In this document: positions 39,036-45,950 of the stretch, piece by piece
Position numbering within the stretch: position 1 is the stretch's first letter
Layout: every line of letters begins with the position of its first letter
IMG/VR virus record: IMGVR_UViG_3300032562_000004
Location: 124,001-188,000 of that record
Length of the DNA: 64,000 nt
Direction: 5' to 3' (one strand)
Made by a program: the position numbers and the translations under genes
The notes under the pieces: generated by a model
The model's input: the letters and a program-made list of their open reading frames with translations, nothing else
What the model was told of the DNA's origin: nothing
Databases searched by the model: none

Positions 39036-39522
39036 GTAAATGAAAAAAGGCGTAGAGTATTATCCCCAAACCTCTTTATATTTTTCTAAAGCCTTTTTTC
39101 TTGCTAACACAAGTCTAATTTTCATTTCATCCGAAATGTCTTGTACATCAGCTGTTTGGTCGACTAGCTCTGGACGACGATATCCAATTTGAAACTCTGG
39201 AGTTTCATCGTAATAGTCATCATCGTTATCATTTAAAAATACACGAGCTAACGGTCGCTTAGGTAGATGTAGTTTTGCCTTCGTTCTTGTGATGATAGCA
39301 CGGACCCGACCGTTTGCTGTCGCAGTTGGGGCAACCCATTCTAAGCGATTGGAATCCAAAGACTGTGCCAACTCGGCTGAGCTTTTCTGGCTTATTATTA
39401 CTAAAGTCGCGAGTGTTAATACTTGTAACAGGGTGGGTATACATGAGTTTCTCCTAAGCATACTATATTAACGCTTAAGAGTTACACTAAGTTGACAATA
39501 ATATTGCCAAAATTATATCTTT

Positions 39523-39597
39523 TGGTCCGGCGTACAGGAATCGAACCCATATTCATCGGGTAGAAGCCGATTGTACTATCCATTGTACTAACGCCAG
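39523..39597 (-). tRNA. tRNA-Arg(TCT)
   Basis: ATCGG-CTTCTAC-CCGAT, CCA. Confidence 0.9.
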
Positions 39598-39600
39598 CTT

Positions 39601-39718
39601 ATATTGAAACACACTAGAAGAACCGTGACGAGCGGATTCATTTACCTTCCTCCAACAAGCGGAAGCCCATACCGGTCAGATATGGTGCCACTACTAAGGA
39701 TTAATGTGCTTCAATATA
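39601..39718 (-). ncRNA. Structured spacer RNA closed by a long inverted repeat
   Basis: ATATTGAAGCACATT / AGTGTGTTTCAATAT enclosing two hairpins. Confidence 0.5.
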
Positions 39719-39721
39719 AAC

Positions 39722-39797
39722 TGGTCCAGGCGCAGAGATTTGAACTCTGAAAGTTCGGGTAAAAGCCGAATATGATAGCCAGTTTCATCACACCTGG
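39722..39797 (-). tRNA. tRNA-Lys(TTT)
   Basis: TTCGG-CTTTTAC-CCGAA, CCA. Confidence 0.85.
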
Positions 39798-39906
39798 ATT
39801 GTTTTTCTTGCTTGCGTAGAGCTTTATTGCTCTTGCGGTGCGAGCCCGCTTTCCGTTTATTTGCTAGTACAGCAAATATATTTCTTGCTTTCATTTTACT
39901 TCTCCT

Positions 39907-40326
39907 TTAAAAATCTGTTAGTGGAACTAGTTCCTCTAAATTTACAACATCGGTCCAATCTTCAATATGGCCCGAGTAGTAACCGTTGTGTTCGTTGCGT
40001 ACTTCAAAATCAATATATCCACGGTTAGTGCGAATAGTAAAGAAGCCATCTTCGACTACTTCTGCGTATTCGTCATCTGTCTCAACATTGACCCACTCTT
40101 TTTCTTCTACAGCAGTAACTAACGCACCACGTAGCAAATCAAAAGTGTTACCTTCTCCAATTACATCTCTACCTTGAAAGTGATTAATGTAAACAGTATT
40201 ACAACAATCGCCACATACATAAAATCCTAATACTTCTCCTTCGATGGTACGAAATGCAACTCTATCATGGTCTTCGTTTAGGAAAATACCATTAATGCGT
40301 TTTCCAACTAGCTTGTTTAAAACCAT
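39907..40326 (-). CDS. Hypothetical protein inside the tRNA array
   Basis: GDCC and RNEHNGYYSG motifs; AGGAG RBS. Confidence 0.6.
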   Translation of the reverse strand: MVLNKLVGKRINGIFLNEDHDRVAFRTIEGEVLGFYVCGDCCNTVYINHFQGRDVIGEGNTFDLLRGALVTAVEEKEWVNVETDDEYAEVVEDGFFTIRTNRGYIDFEVRNEHNGYYSGHIEDWTDVVNLEELVPLTDF

Positions 40327-40358
40327 GCCATTCTCCTTTTAAAATTTAAAACATATTA

Positions 40359-40433
40359 GGGGTGACCTGTGGAATTCGAATCCACCCTATCGGAATCACA
40401 ATCCGAGGTGCTAACCGCTAACACTAAGGCCAC
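40359..40433 (-). tRNA. tRNA-His(GTG)
   Basis: TCGGA-TTGTGAT-TCCGA; C73; 3' end CCT rather than CCA. Confidence 0.88.
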
Positions 40434-40447
40434 ACCTAATATGTCTA

Positions 40448-40523
40448 TGGTGCACCCTCTTGGTTACGCTCCAAGCCATCCAGCTCTTAGAGCTGGCGCT
40501 TCCACTAGGTTAGCTTAGGGTGC
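40448..40523 (-). tRNA. Atypical class I tRNA, anticodon TAA (loop TCTAAGA)
   Basis: Perfect acceptor stem + CCA; C at position 33; T-loop AGCGTAA; short variable loop. Confidence 0.65.
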
Positions 40524-40739
40524 TCTACCTCTTGATATCCAACCATCATAGTTGTCGACATCTTTTACTTCGTCTACTCCTAGTTTACTCGTGCAGTTAG
40601 GATTTTCACTACACATCGTAACAAAGGTATGTCCAAGGCTACGATGGAATTGAGACGCAGATAATGCCATACTTAAATCATCAAACACTTCTGCGTGTGG
40701 TTTATTATCCACAGTATAATAAACTTTAAACATATTCAC
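40515..40739 (-). CDS. Hypothetical protein; stop codon inside the next tRNA
   Basis: FVTMCSENPNCTSKLGVD motif. Confidence 0.55.
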   Translation of the reverse strand: MNMFKVYYTVDNKPHAEVFDDLSMALSASQFHRSLGHTFVTMCSENPNCTSKLGVDEVKDVDNYDGWISRGRAP

Positions 40740-40749
40740 TTTCTAAAAT

Positions 40750-40823
40750 TGGTACCTCGTGATGGTGTCGAACCACCGAGACCCACTTGTAAGGAGGGCA
40801 GTATACCGTTTACTTAACGAGGC
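40750..40823 (-). tRNA. tRNA-Val(TAC)
   Basis: Loop CTTACAA, CCA. Confidence 0.88.
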
Positions 40824-40826
40824 ATT

Positions 40827-40900
40827 TGGTAGAGGTACTAAGATTTGAACTTAGACTAATGCCTTCAAAGGGCACGGTGCTGCCGTTACACTATACCTCA
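40827..40900 (-). tRNA. tRNA-Gln(TTG)
   Basis: GTGCC-CTTTGAA-GGCAT, CCA. Confidence 0.9.
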
Positions 40901-40906
40901 ACAGTT

Positions 40907-40980
40907 TGGTTGCGGGTTCTGGAATCGCACCAGAGACTAGGGCTTATGAGACCCTCGAGATACTCCTTCTCCAACCCGCG
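40907..40980 (-). tRNA. tRNA-fMet(CAT)
   Basis: C1:A72 mismatch, loop CTCATAA, T-loop TGCGATT. Confidence 0.85.
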
Positions 40981-40986
40981 ATAGAT

Positions 40987-41061
40987 TGGTGGACCGTGGG
41001 AGAGTCGAACTCCCTACTCCTGCGTGCAAGGCAGGTGTGTTCCCAATTATACCAACAGCCC
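40987..41061 (-). tRNA. tRNA-Ala(TGC)
   Basis: G3.U70, loop CTTGCAC. Confidence 0.92.
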
Positions 41062-41493
41062 TAAATTCTTTTGCCATTCATTAATAAATGGCAATACTTC
41101 GTGTTTCCATTTGCTATGAACCATCTCGTGATGATTTGGGCATAGCGGTATTAAATTACTGGGCTTGTTATTTTTTCTATTCTCATCAATATGATGGATA
41201 GCAACAATCTTGTCAAACCCGCAAATAATACACTTGTGTTCGTGATGCTGTTTTGCTATAGTCGCATAATGTGTGGCATTGTCTTTCCACCAAGAGCTTC
41301 TGTTATTAGCACAACTTCTACTACAAAATCTAGCTGTTTCAAATTGTTTGGTATTTTGTCTACCAGTCCAAACAAATTCTTTATTACAGCATCCGCAAAT
41401 TTTAGTATGATCTTTTACTGGACCATACTTTCTATTTACTTTTGCTATTTGACCAGCTTTATAAGATTCTGTATAATATTTTCCGTTATTCAT
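41047..41493 (-). CDS. HNH endonuclease
   Basis: CIICG...IHHIDENRKNNKPSNLIPLCPNHH. Confidence 0.85.
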   Translation of the reverse strand: MNNGKYYTESYKAGQIAKVNRKYGPVKDHTKICGCCNKEFVWTGRQNTKQFETARFCSRSCANNRSSWWKDNATHYATIAKQHHEHKCIICGFDKIVAIHHIDENRKNNKPSNLIPLCPNHHEMVHSKWKHEVLPFINEWQKNLGLLV

Positions 41494-41508
41494 AATTTTT
41501 AATTACTT

Positions 41509-41582
41509 TGGAGCGGGTAGAGAGAATCGAACTCTCAACTAAACCTTGGCAAGGTCTCGGGTTACCATTACACCATACCCGC
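41509..41582 (-). tRNA. tRNA-Gly(GCC)
   Basis: Loop TTGCCAA, TCCA end. Confidence 0.9.
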
Positions 41583-41586
41583 AAAT

Positions 41587-42102
41587 TTATAAAATACTTT
41601 CTAATAACTTCCTAACATCTAATGTAATAGGTTGTAAGTTATTTACTACTGTAGAATCTTTACATATCCAATTAGCAACAGGCAGTCCTGGTTTTAAATT
41701 AAACTGCCCGCTTTTTGTTTCAAGATTCCTATTACATTCGTCCCACGATAATTGCGATATAGCAAACTTATGCGGGGCTGACTGAATACATAACAAATAA
41801 TCAAATGATTGATTAAATTTAGACTTATTAGTATTTTGAAGTGAAACTCGTCCTGTAATTGTATTCTTCGGTGAAAACATATCAGCTACTGATTTAAATT
41901 CATATTTTGTATTAGTTTCTAAATCAATGCTATCATATCCTTCCTGGTCAACATACTTTAATCTTCCGTCTGTTGCTTTCTCTAATGCTAATGCTAGAAC
42001 TTCGCCTTTGAGAAATCTATAAGATGGCTTATTAAGTTGCTTGCCAAGTTTAACTAAACAATCAACTACGGGTTGATAATCTACATCCTTCAAAAAACTC
42101 AT
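41587..42102 (-). CDS. Putative PD-(D/E)xK endonuclease between two tRNA-Gly genes
   Basis: GYDSIDLETNTKYEFKS (D...ExK). Confidence 0.5.
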   Translation of the reverse strand: MSFLKDVDYQPVVDCLVKLGKQLNKPSYRFLKGEVLALALEKATDGRLKYVDQEGYDSIDLETNTKYEFKSVADMFSPKNTITGRVSLQNTNKSKFNQSFDYLLCIQSAPHKFAISQLSWDECNRNLETKSGQFNLKPGLPVANWICKDSTVVNNLQPITLDVRKLLESIL

Positions 42103-42116
42103 AAGTTCCTTTAATT

Positions 42117-42190
42117 TGGAGCGGGATAAGAGAATCGAACTCTTGACCGAAGATTGGAAATCTGCTGTTTTACCATTAAACTAATCCCGC
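42117..42190 (-). tRNA. tRNA-Gly(TCC)
   Basis: Loop TTTCCAA, TCCA end. Confidence 0.9.
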
Positions 42191-42192
42191 AT

Positions 42193-42375
42193 TGGTGTCG
42201 TAACGGCAGGGCCCTTCAGGATGAGTTACGACGTTACTACATTGAGGCATTGCACCGTAGCTTACGCTACCCCCATCAACTGCCTCAAATTTTGTGTAGG
42301 GCTTCCACCTACTCCCACCTCGCTTTAAAGTCTGCGTGTCCAAGACTTAGTTCTATTGCTAGAACTGAAAATGTT
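42193..42375 (-). ncRNA. Multi-hairpin RNA ending in an 8-bp stem + ACCA; not a cloverleaf
   Basis: Five hairpins; GTCGTAAC/GTTACGAC-ACCA. Confidence 0.55.
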
Positions 42376-42389
42376 ACTTTCTAATACTT

Positions 42390-42415
42390 TGGTACCTCGG
42401 GCCGGAATCGAACCG
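42390..42415 (-). pseudogene. Orphan 3' fragment (T-arm + acceptor strand) of a tRNA, probably Leu
   Basis: CGGTTCGATTCCGGCCCGAGGTACCA with no 5' half. Confidence 0.75.
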
Positions 42416-42427
42416 TTCGCGTTATAT

Positions 42428-42513
42428 TGGTGCCCGGAGCCGGACTCGAACCGGCATGCCTTTTAAAGCGGAAGATTTTAAGTCTTCTATGTATACCATT
42501 TCATCACCCGGGC
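42428..42513 (-). tRNA. tRNA-Leu(TAA)
   Basis: GAAGA-CTTAAAA-TCTTC, long variable arm. Confidence 0.92.
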
Positions 42514-42968
42514 GTTTGATCTATCTTGCGCCAACCTTTAGGTTTACCACCTTTTCTGTTAGCGGCAATTTTTGCCTTATGTTCTTCCGACTTTGGTTTT
42601 CCTTTATTTCCAGATCCATTAGTATTACCTAACATTACTTTGCTATTCATAGCAGATGCTTTTTCTAAACCATATTTTTCAACACGGCGTTCAAAAGGAT
42701 TTTTATGTGTCCCAAACTCTTTACCATCAATGATGATATTATCGTAATCAGTGCCCCAATACAAATGTTTTGGATTACTACATTTACTATTATTACAAGC
42801 ATGACACAACAGTATGCGCCCGCTTGGAATAGTTGTATCTAAATATTGTGCTAATACACCTTTATGATTAGTAGAGTTACCGCCGCGTTCACAACAAGGC
42901 TCGGATAAGTCTAAGTGAGCCCTGCGTTCTTCGCGAGATTTTTTAATAAATTCTTCTACTATAATCAT
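42504..42968 (-). CDS. HNH-type endonuclease with NUMOD3-like tail (start at MIIVEE)
   Basis: LCHACNNSKCSNPKHLYWGT..DN; GKPKSEEHKAKIA. Confidence 0.78.
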   Translation of the reverse strand: MIIVEEFIKKSREERRAHLDLSEPCCERGGNSTNHKGVLAQYLDTTIPSGRILLCHACNNSKCSNPKHLYWGTDYDNIIIDGKEFGTHKNPFERRVEKYGLEKASAMNSKVMLGNTNGSGNKGKPKSEEHKAKIAANRKGGKPKGWRKIDQTPG

Positions 42969-43009
42969 AACAGTATTATATAGTAATAATTTATTACTGT
43001 CAAATATTT

Positions 43010-43094
43010 TGGTGGGCAAGGAGAGACTCGAACTCTCACGCCTTGCGGCACTGGCTTCTAAGACCAGCATGGCTACCAATTACATCACTCACCC
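43010..43094 (-). tRNA. tRNA-Leu(TAG)
   Basis: CTGGT-CTTAGAA-GCCAG, long variable arm. Confidence 0.92.
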
Positions 43095-43559
43095 ATTTAC
43101 TACTTTTAAACCTTTTAATCTATCTGCGGCATAACTAGCCGCAAACGCTTGTGGCTTAACTAGTGGCTCTACATTACATACGCCACGGATATAACCAATA
43201 GCTTGACTTACAACATTAGAACTAGCATGAATTTCGTTAGGATTAATATCTAAATGTACTTCTACAGCACGACCTTCTAATACTTCTGCTAATTTTAAAT
43301 ACAATTCACTAACCTTAAACACTTCAGTCATTAATCTAGTATTAGGTTTATCACAACGGTCATAATCTCGTTCTCTAGTCACTTCACCAAATAACTTACA
43401 ACCGTGATTACCGTCAATATGTACAACAATAGCGGCTGTATAGTCAGCATACCATTCTTTGCCACGCTTAATTCGTTCAGAGTCCACACCAATATAAATC
43501 TTAGTGTCTGGACCTTGAGCATCTATAAACTTTTTGATTTGTGGTATGTTAAACTTCAT
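43089..43559 (-). CDS. RNase H-like YkuK/DUF458 family protein (start at MKFNIP)
   Basis: IYIGVDS...RLMTEV...EVHLDIN...KPQAFAASYAAD. Confidence 0.78.
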   Translation of the reverse strand: MKFNIPQIKKFIDAQGPDTKIYIGVDSERIKRGKEWYADYTAAIVVHIDGNHGCKLFGEVTRERDYDRCDKPNTRLMTEVFKVSELYLKLAEVLEGRAVEVHLDINPNEIHASSNVVSQAIGYIRGVCNVEPLVKPQAFAASYAADRLKGLKVVNG

Positions 43560-43580
43560 TATTCTCTTTCTTAAGTTATT

Positions 43581-43654
43581 TGGCGTCCCGGCAGGGATTC
43601 GAACCCCGACCAACAGTTTTGGAGACTGCGATGCTACCGTTACACTACCAAGAC
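43581..43654 (-). tRNA. tRNA-Trp(CCA)
   Basis: Loop CTCCAAA. Confidence 0.92.
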
Positions 43655-43674
43655 GTTGTACTACTATTTAATGT

Positions 43675-43751
43675 TGGTGCCTCAACCTAGACTCGAACTA
43701 GGGACCCTTGCGTTATCAACACAATGCTCTAACCAACTGAGCTATTGAGGC
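43675..43751 (-). tRNA. tRNA-Ile(GAT)
   Basis: Loop TTGATAA. Confidence 0.92.
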
Positions 43752-43752
43752 A

Positions 43753-43829
43753 TGGTGGGTCTTGAGAGACTCGAACTCCCAACCGCTAGTTTCGAAGACT
43801 AGAACTCTAATCCATTGAGCTAAAGACCC
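43753..43829 (-). tRNA. tRNA-Arg(TCG)
   Basis: CTAGT-CTTCGAA-ACTAG. Confidence 0.92.
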
Positions 43830-43834
43830 ATGTT

Positions 43835-43929
43835 TGGTAGTAGATATAGGTTATGATCCTATCCGTTGCAGCCCATCTGACCACTCTCCCAGGTTTATAA
43901 AACCCGGCCGCACACCAGTGCTATCTACC
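43835..43929 (-). tRNA. Atypical 95-nt tRNA, anticodon TAT (reads Ile AUA)
   Basis: 7-bp acceptor + ACCA; 4-nt D-loop; loop TTTATAA; long variable arm; T-loop ATCATAA. Confidence 0.7.
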
Positions 43930-43939
43930 ATATTGTTAT

Positions 43940-44026
43940 TGGCGGAAAGTATTGGAGTCGAACCAATCCACCCATTGCTGAATGACAGATTAGCAATCTG
44001 TTGCCTTGCCGCTCGGCCAACTTTCC
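43940..44026 (-). tRNA. tRNA-Ser(GCT)
   Basis: Loop TTGCTAA, G73, long variable arm. Confidence 0.92.
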
Positions 44027-44035
44027 TTAATTGTT

Positions 44036-44130
44036 TGGCGGAAGACAGAGGAGTCGAACCCCACCCGGCTCTTCACCAGGACCTGGTTTTCAAGGCCAGT
44101 CGCAGGACCATCCCCGCTGCATTATCTTCC
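44036..44130 (-). tRNA. tRNA-Ser(TGA) with enlarged D-arm
   Basis: Loop CTTGAAA, G73, long variable arm. Confidence 0.85.
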
Positions 44131-44136
44131 ATATTG

Positions 44137-44212
44137 TGGCTCCCCGAGCTGGGCTCGAACCAGCGACACCGTGATTAACAGTCACGTACTCTACCAACTG
44201 AGCTATCAGGGA
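44137..44212 (-). tRNA. tRNA-Asn(GTT)
   Basis: Loop CTGTTAA. Confidence 0.93.
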
Positions 44213-44220
44213 ATTGTTTT

Positions 44221-44298
44221 TGGTCTGTGAGGTAGGATTCGAACCTACAGCCTCCTGACTCCAGATCAGGCCGTCTACCAGATTGACATTACACACAG
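44221..44298 (-). tRNA. tRNA-Pro(TGG), non-canonical C33
   Basis: CCTGA-TCTGGAG-TCAGG; C1-G72, A73. Confidence 0.8.
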
Positions 44299-44306
44299 AT
44301 TGTTAC

Positions 44307-44381
44307 TGGTGCCCCAGAATGGAATCGAACCACCGAACCCGGCTTACAAGACCGGACCTTTACCACTAAGGATACAAGGGC
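44307..44381 (-). tRNA. tRNA-Thr(TGT)
   Basis: CCGGT-CTTGTAA-GCCGG. Confidence 0.9.
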
Positions 44382-44764
44382 TATTTTCTGTCTCTACCAT
44401 TTCCTTTATTTTTAGCCTTATATGTAGGCGTCTGACTATGGCAGTTTGGGCATATTGCCCTTAAATTTTCTTCTTTGTTATTTTTATAATTCCCGTCGAT
44501 ATGATCTAATTCTAGATATAGCGGAAGACCATTATGTTCTTCGATACCACAAATAAGACATTTATTATTTTGTTTTGCCCTTATATAACGATGTATATAC
44601 ATACTAGTTTGATGTTTGCCTCGAAGGCCATCTTCTAAACCAGACTTCCACCGTTCTATGTAACTTTGATGCATTCCTTCTAAGTAATGCTTGCCACAAT
44701 AGATTCTTTTTTCTTTATGTGTAAATACCGTAGAACATATTTTACAGCTATATTTTTGTAACAT
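44381..44764 (-). CDS. HNH endonuclease
   Basis: CLICG...LELDHIDGNYKNNKEENLRAICPNCHSQTPTY. Confidence 0.88.
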   Translation of the reverse strand: MLQKYSCKICSTVFTHKEKRIYCGKHYLEGMHQSYIERWKSGLEDGLRGKHQTSMYIHRYIRAKQNNKCLICGIEEHNGLPLYLELDHIDGNYKNNKEENLRAICPNCHSQTPTYKAKNKGNGRDRK

Positions 44765-44780
44765 ATAATCTTTCTTTAAC

Positions 44781-44857
44781 TGGCACTCTGTAGGGGTGAC
44801 GATCCCCTCTTACCAACGTGAAAGGCTGGGGTCCTAACCAACATAGACGAACAGAGT
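44781..44857 (-). tRNA. tRNA-Glu(TTC)
   Basis: Loop CTTTCAC; T-loop ATCGTCA. Confidence 0.85.
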
Positions 44858-44863
44858 ATAACT

Positions 44864-44941
44864 TGGCGTCCTCACCGGGTGTCGATCCCGGTCCTACACC
44901 TTGAAAGGGTGTTGATCTAGCCAATCGTAATCTATGAGGAC
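44864..44941 (-). tRNA. tRNA-Glu(TTC), second copy
   Basis: ACACC-CTTTCAA-GGTGT; T-loop ATCGACA. Confidence 0.85.
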
Positions 44942-44947
44942 ATAACT

Positions 44948-45022
44948 TGGCGACTCCAGGGAGTAACGATCTCCCTCTTCCTCTTAGACAGAGAGGTGTG
45001 CGTCCATGAACACTTTGGAGCC
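44948..45022 (-). tRNA. tRNA-Asp(GTC)
   Basis: CCTCT-CTGTCTA-AGAGG; T-loop ATCGTTA. Confidence 0.85.
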
Positions 45023-45027
45023 TTTGT

Positions 45028-45101
45028 TGGTTGCGGGCTAGGGTAACGCTCCCTATTCCATCCTGGCTTATGAGACCGGAGTGTGGCTATCACAACCCGC
45101 A
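45028..45101 (-). tRNA. Initiator-like tRNA-Met(CAT) with short D-arm
   Basis: GCGGG acceptor, loop CTCATAA, T-loop AGCGTTA. Confidence 0.7.
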
Positions 45102-45109
45102 ATAGTTGT

Positions 45110-45187
45110 TGGAGGAACGGGTCGGATTCGAACCGACGACTTTACAGTTTTGCAGACTGTTGCTTTGGGCCACTCAGCCACCGTTCC
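45110..45187 (-). tRNA. tRNA-Cys(GCA)
   Basis: Loop CTGCAAA, U73. Confidence 0.92.
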
Positions 45188-45196
45188 GTTATTGTT

Positions 45197-45281
45197 TGGT
45201 GGGTGGTCATGGAGTCGAACCAAGTATGCCAGAGGCGTCTGATTTACAGTCAGGTGCGGTCGCCAGTGCCGCTCACCACCC
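45197..45281 (-). tRNA. tRNA-Tyr(GTA)
   Basis: Loop CTGTAAA, long variable arm. Confidence 0.92.
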
Positions 45282-45285
45282 ATAT

Positions 45286-45505
45286 AACGCTCTCTTTAGA
45301 AAGCGTGTAATAAAGCATACTAAGGCAATCATTTTTGCGCTGTGGAAAAGCGCCATGTCTTCGATCCGCGATGCCATTGACGGACCAGGTCTTTTAGTAT
45401 GCTTTATTACGCTGTAGTTTTTTGCTCCACAAAAGGAGTTTCATCGTACAGGCCGCCCGTTTACTAGATGTTTTAAGTGCCTAGCGTGGACCTCGTTCCC
45501 ACATA
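45286..45505 (-). ncRNA. Structured leader of the tRNA array with a perfect 16-bp helix
   Basis: TAATAAAGCATACTAA / TTAGTATGCTTTATTA plus flanking hairpins. Confidence 0.5.
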
Positions 45506-45509
45506 ACAC

Positions 45510-45538
45510 ACTATACTACCTTACTGTTTATTTGTCAA
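45510..45538 (-). promoter_or_regulatory. Sigma70-type promoter proximal to the tRNA array
   Basis: TTGACA-17 nt-TATAGT. Confidence 0.75.
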
Positions 45539-45720
45539 TCTTCTATTTGAAAATAAACAGCTTCTTTACGCTGCGAAGCAAGTAATACCTTTGCTCGCTC
45601 GATCTTATTCTGAATCAACTTCTGCTTTTGCTCATCACTGAGTGAATAACTATAAGCCTGTTCCACAATACGATCATTTAATTTACTATAATCTATTGTC
45701 ATCTTTCTTTCCTTTTAAAA

Positions 45721-45752
45721 ACAAAAAACCCGGAGTGTTTAGTTCCGGGTCC
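45721..45752 (-). terminator. Intrinsic terminator (candidate attenuator)
   Basis: GGACCCGGA-ACTAAACAC-TCCGGGTTT then TTTGT. Confidence 0.85.
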
Positions 45753-45779
45753 TTAAAGTTTGTGATATTAAAATATTAC

Positions 45780-45941
45780 TTAATCATCATATCCTTCTTG
45801 GACCCTACTATAATCTTTCCCTGCCTCAATCATATTAAAGCCACTATTATGAATTGTTGAGCGTAAAGAGGCTACCGGGCTCCAGCAGAGTGCTGAACCT
45901 TGTGCTATTTGATACGTTACGGACAATCTTGTATTTTTCAT
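45780..45941 (-). CDS. 53 aa candidate leader peptide containing all 20 amino acids
   Basis: Own translation MKNTRLSVTYQIAQGSALCWSPVASLRSTIHNSGFNMIEAGKDYSRVQEGYDD; ATG lies 9 nt after the -10 box. Confidence 0.6.
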   Translation of the reverse strand: MKNTRLSVTYQIAQGSALCWSPVASLRSTIHNSGFNMIEAGKDYSRVQEGYDD

Positions 45942-45950
45942 AATATGTTT

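Noticed and set aside
39060-39461. Single 133 aa ORF as annotated in the track
   Set aside because: The strong RBS (AGGAG) serves a different frame starting at 39444; the true gene structure is unresolved
40448-40523. Amber suppressor (CTA) and TAG recoding
   Set aside because: A CTA register breaks the anticodon stem; recognisable proteins are full-length under code 11, and gp51 ends in TAG
42193-42375. RNase P RNA or a known self-cleaving ribozyme
   Set aside because: No GAGGAAAGTCC-type P4 motifs and no hammerhead CTGANGA/GAAA core
44036-44130. Selenocysteine tRNA
   Set aside because: The anticodon is TGA (reads UCA, Ser), not TCA, and the acceptor stem is 7 bp
45540-45705. Intact gene downstream of the candidate attenuator
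   Set aside because: The ATG with RBS and the protein-like frame (YSKINDRIVEQAY...) are offset by one base; a pseudogene or sequencing error cannot be told apart here
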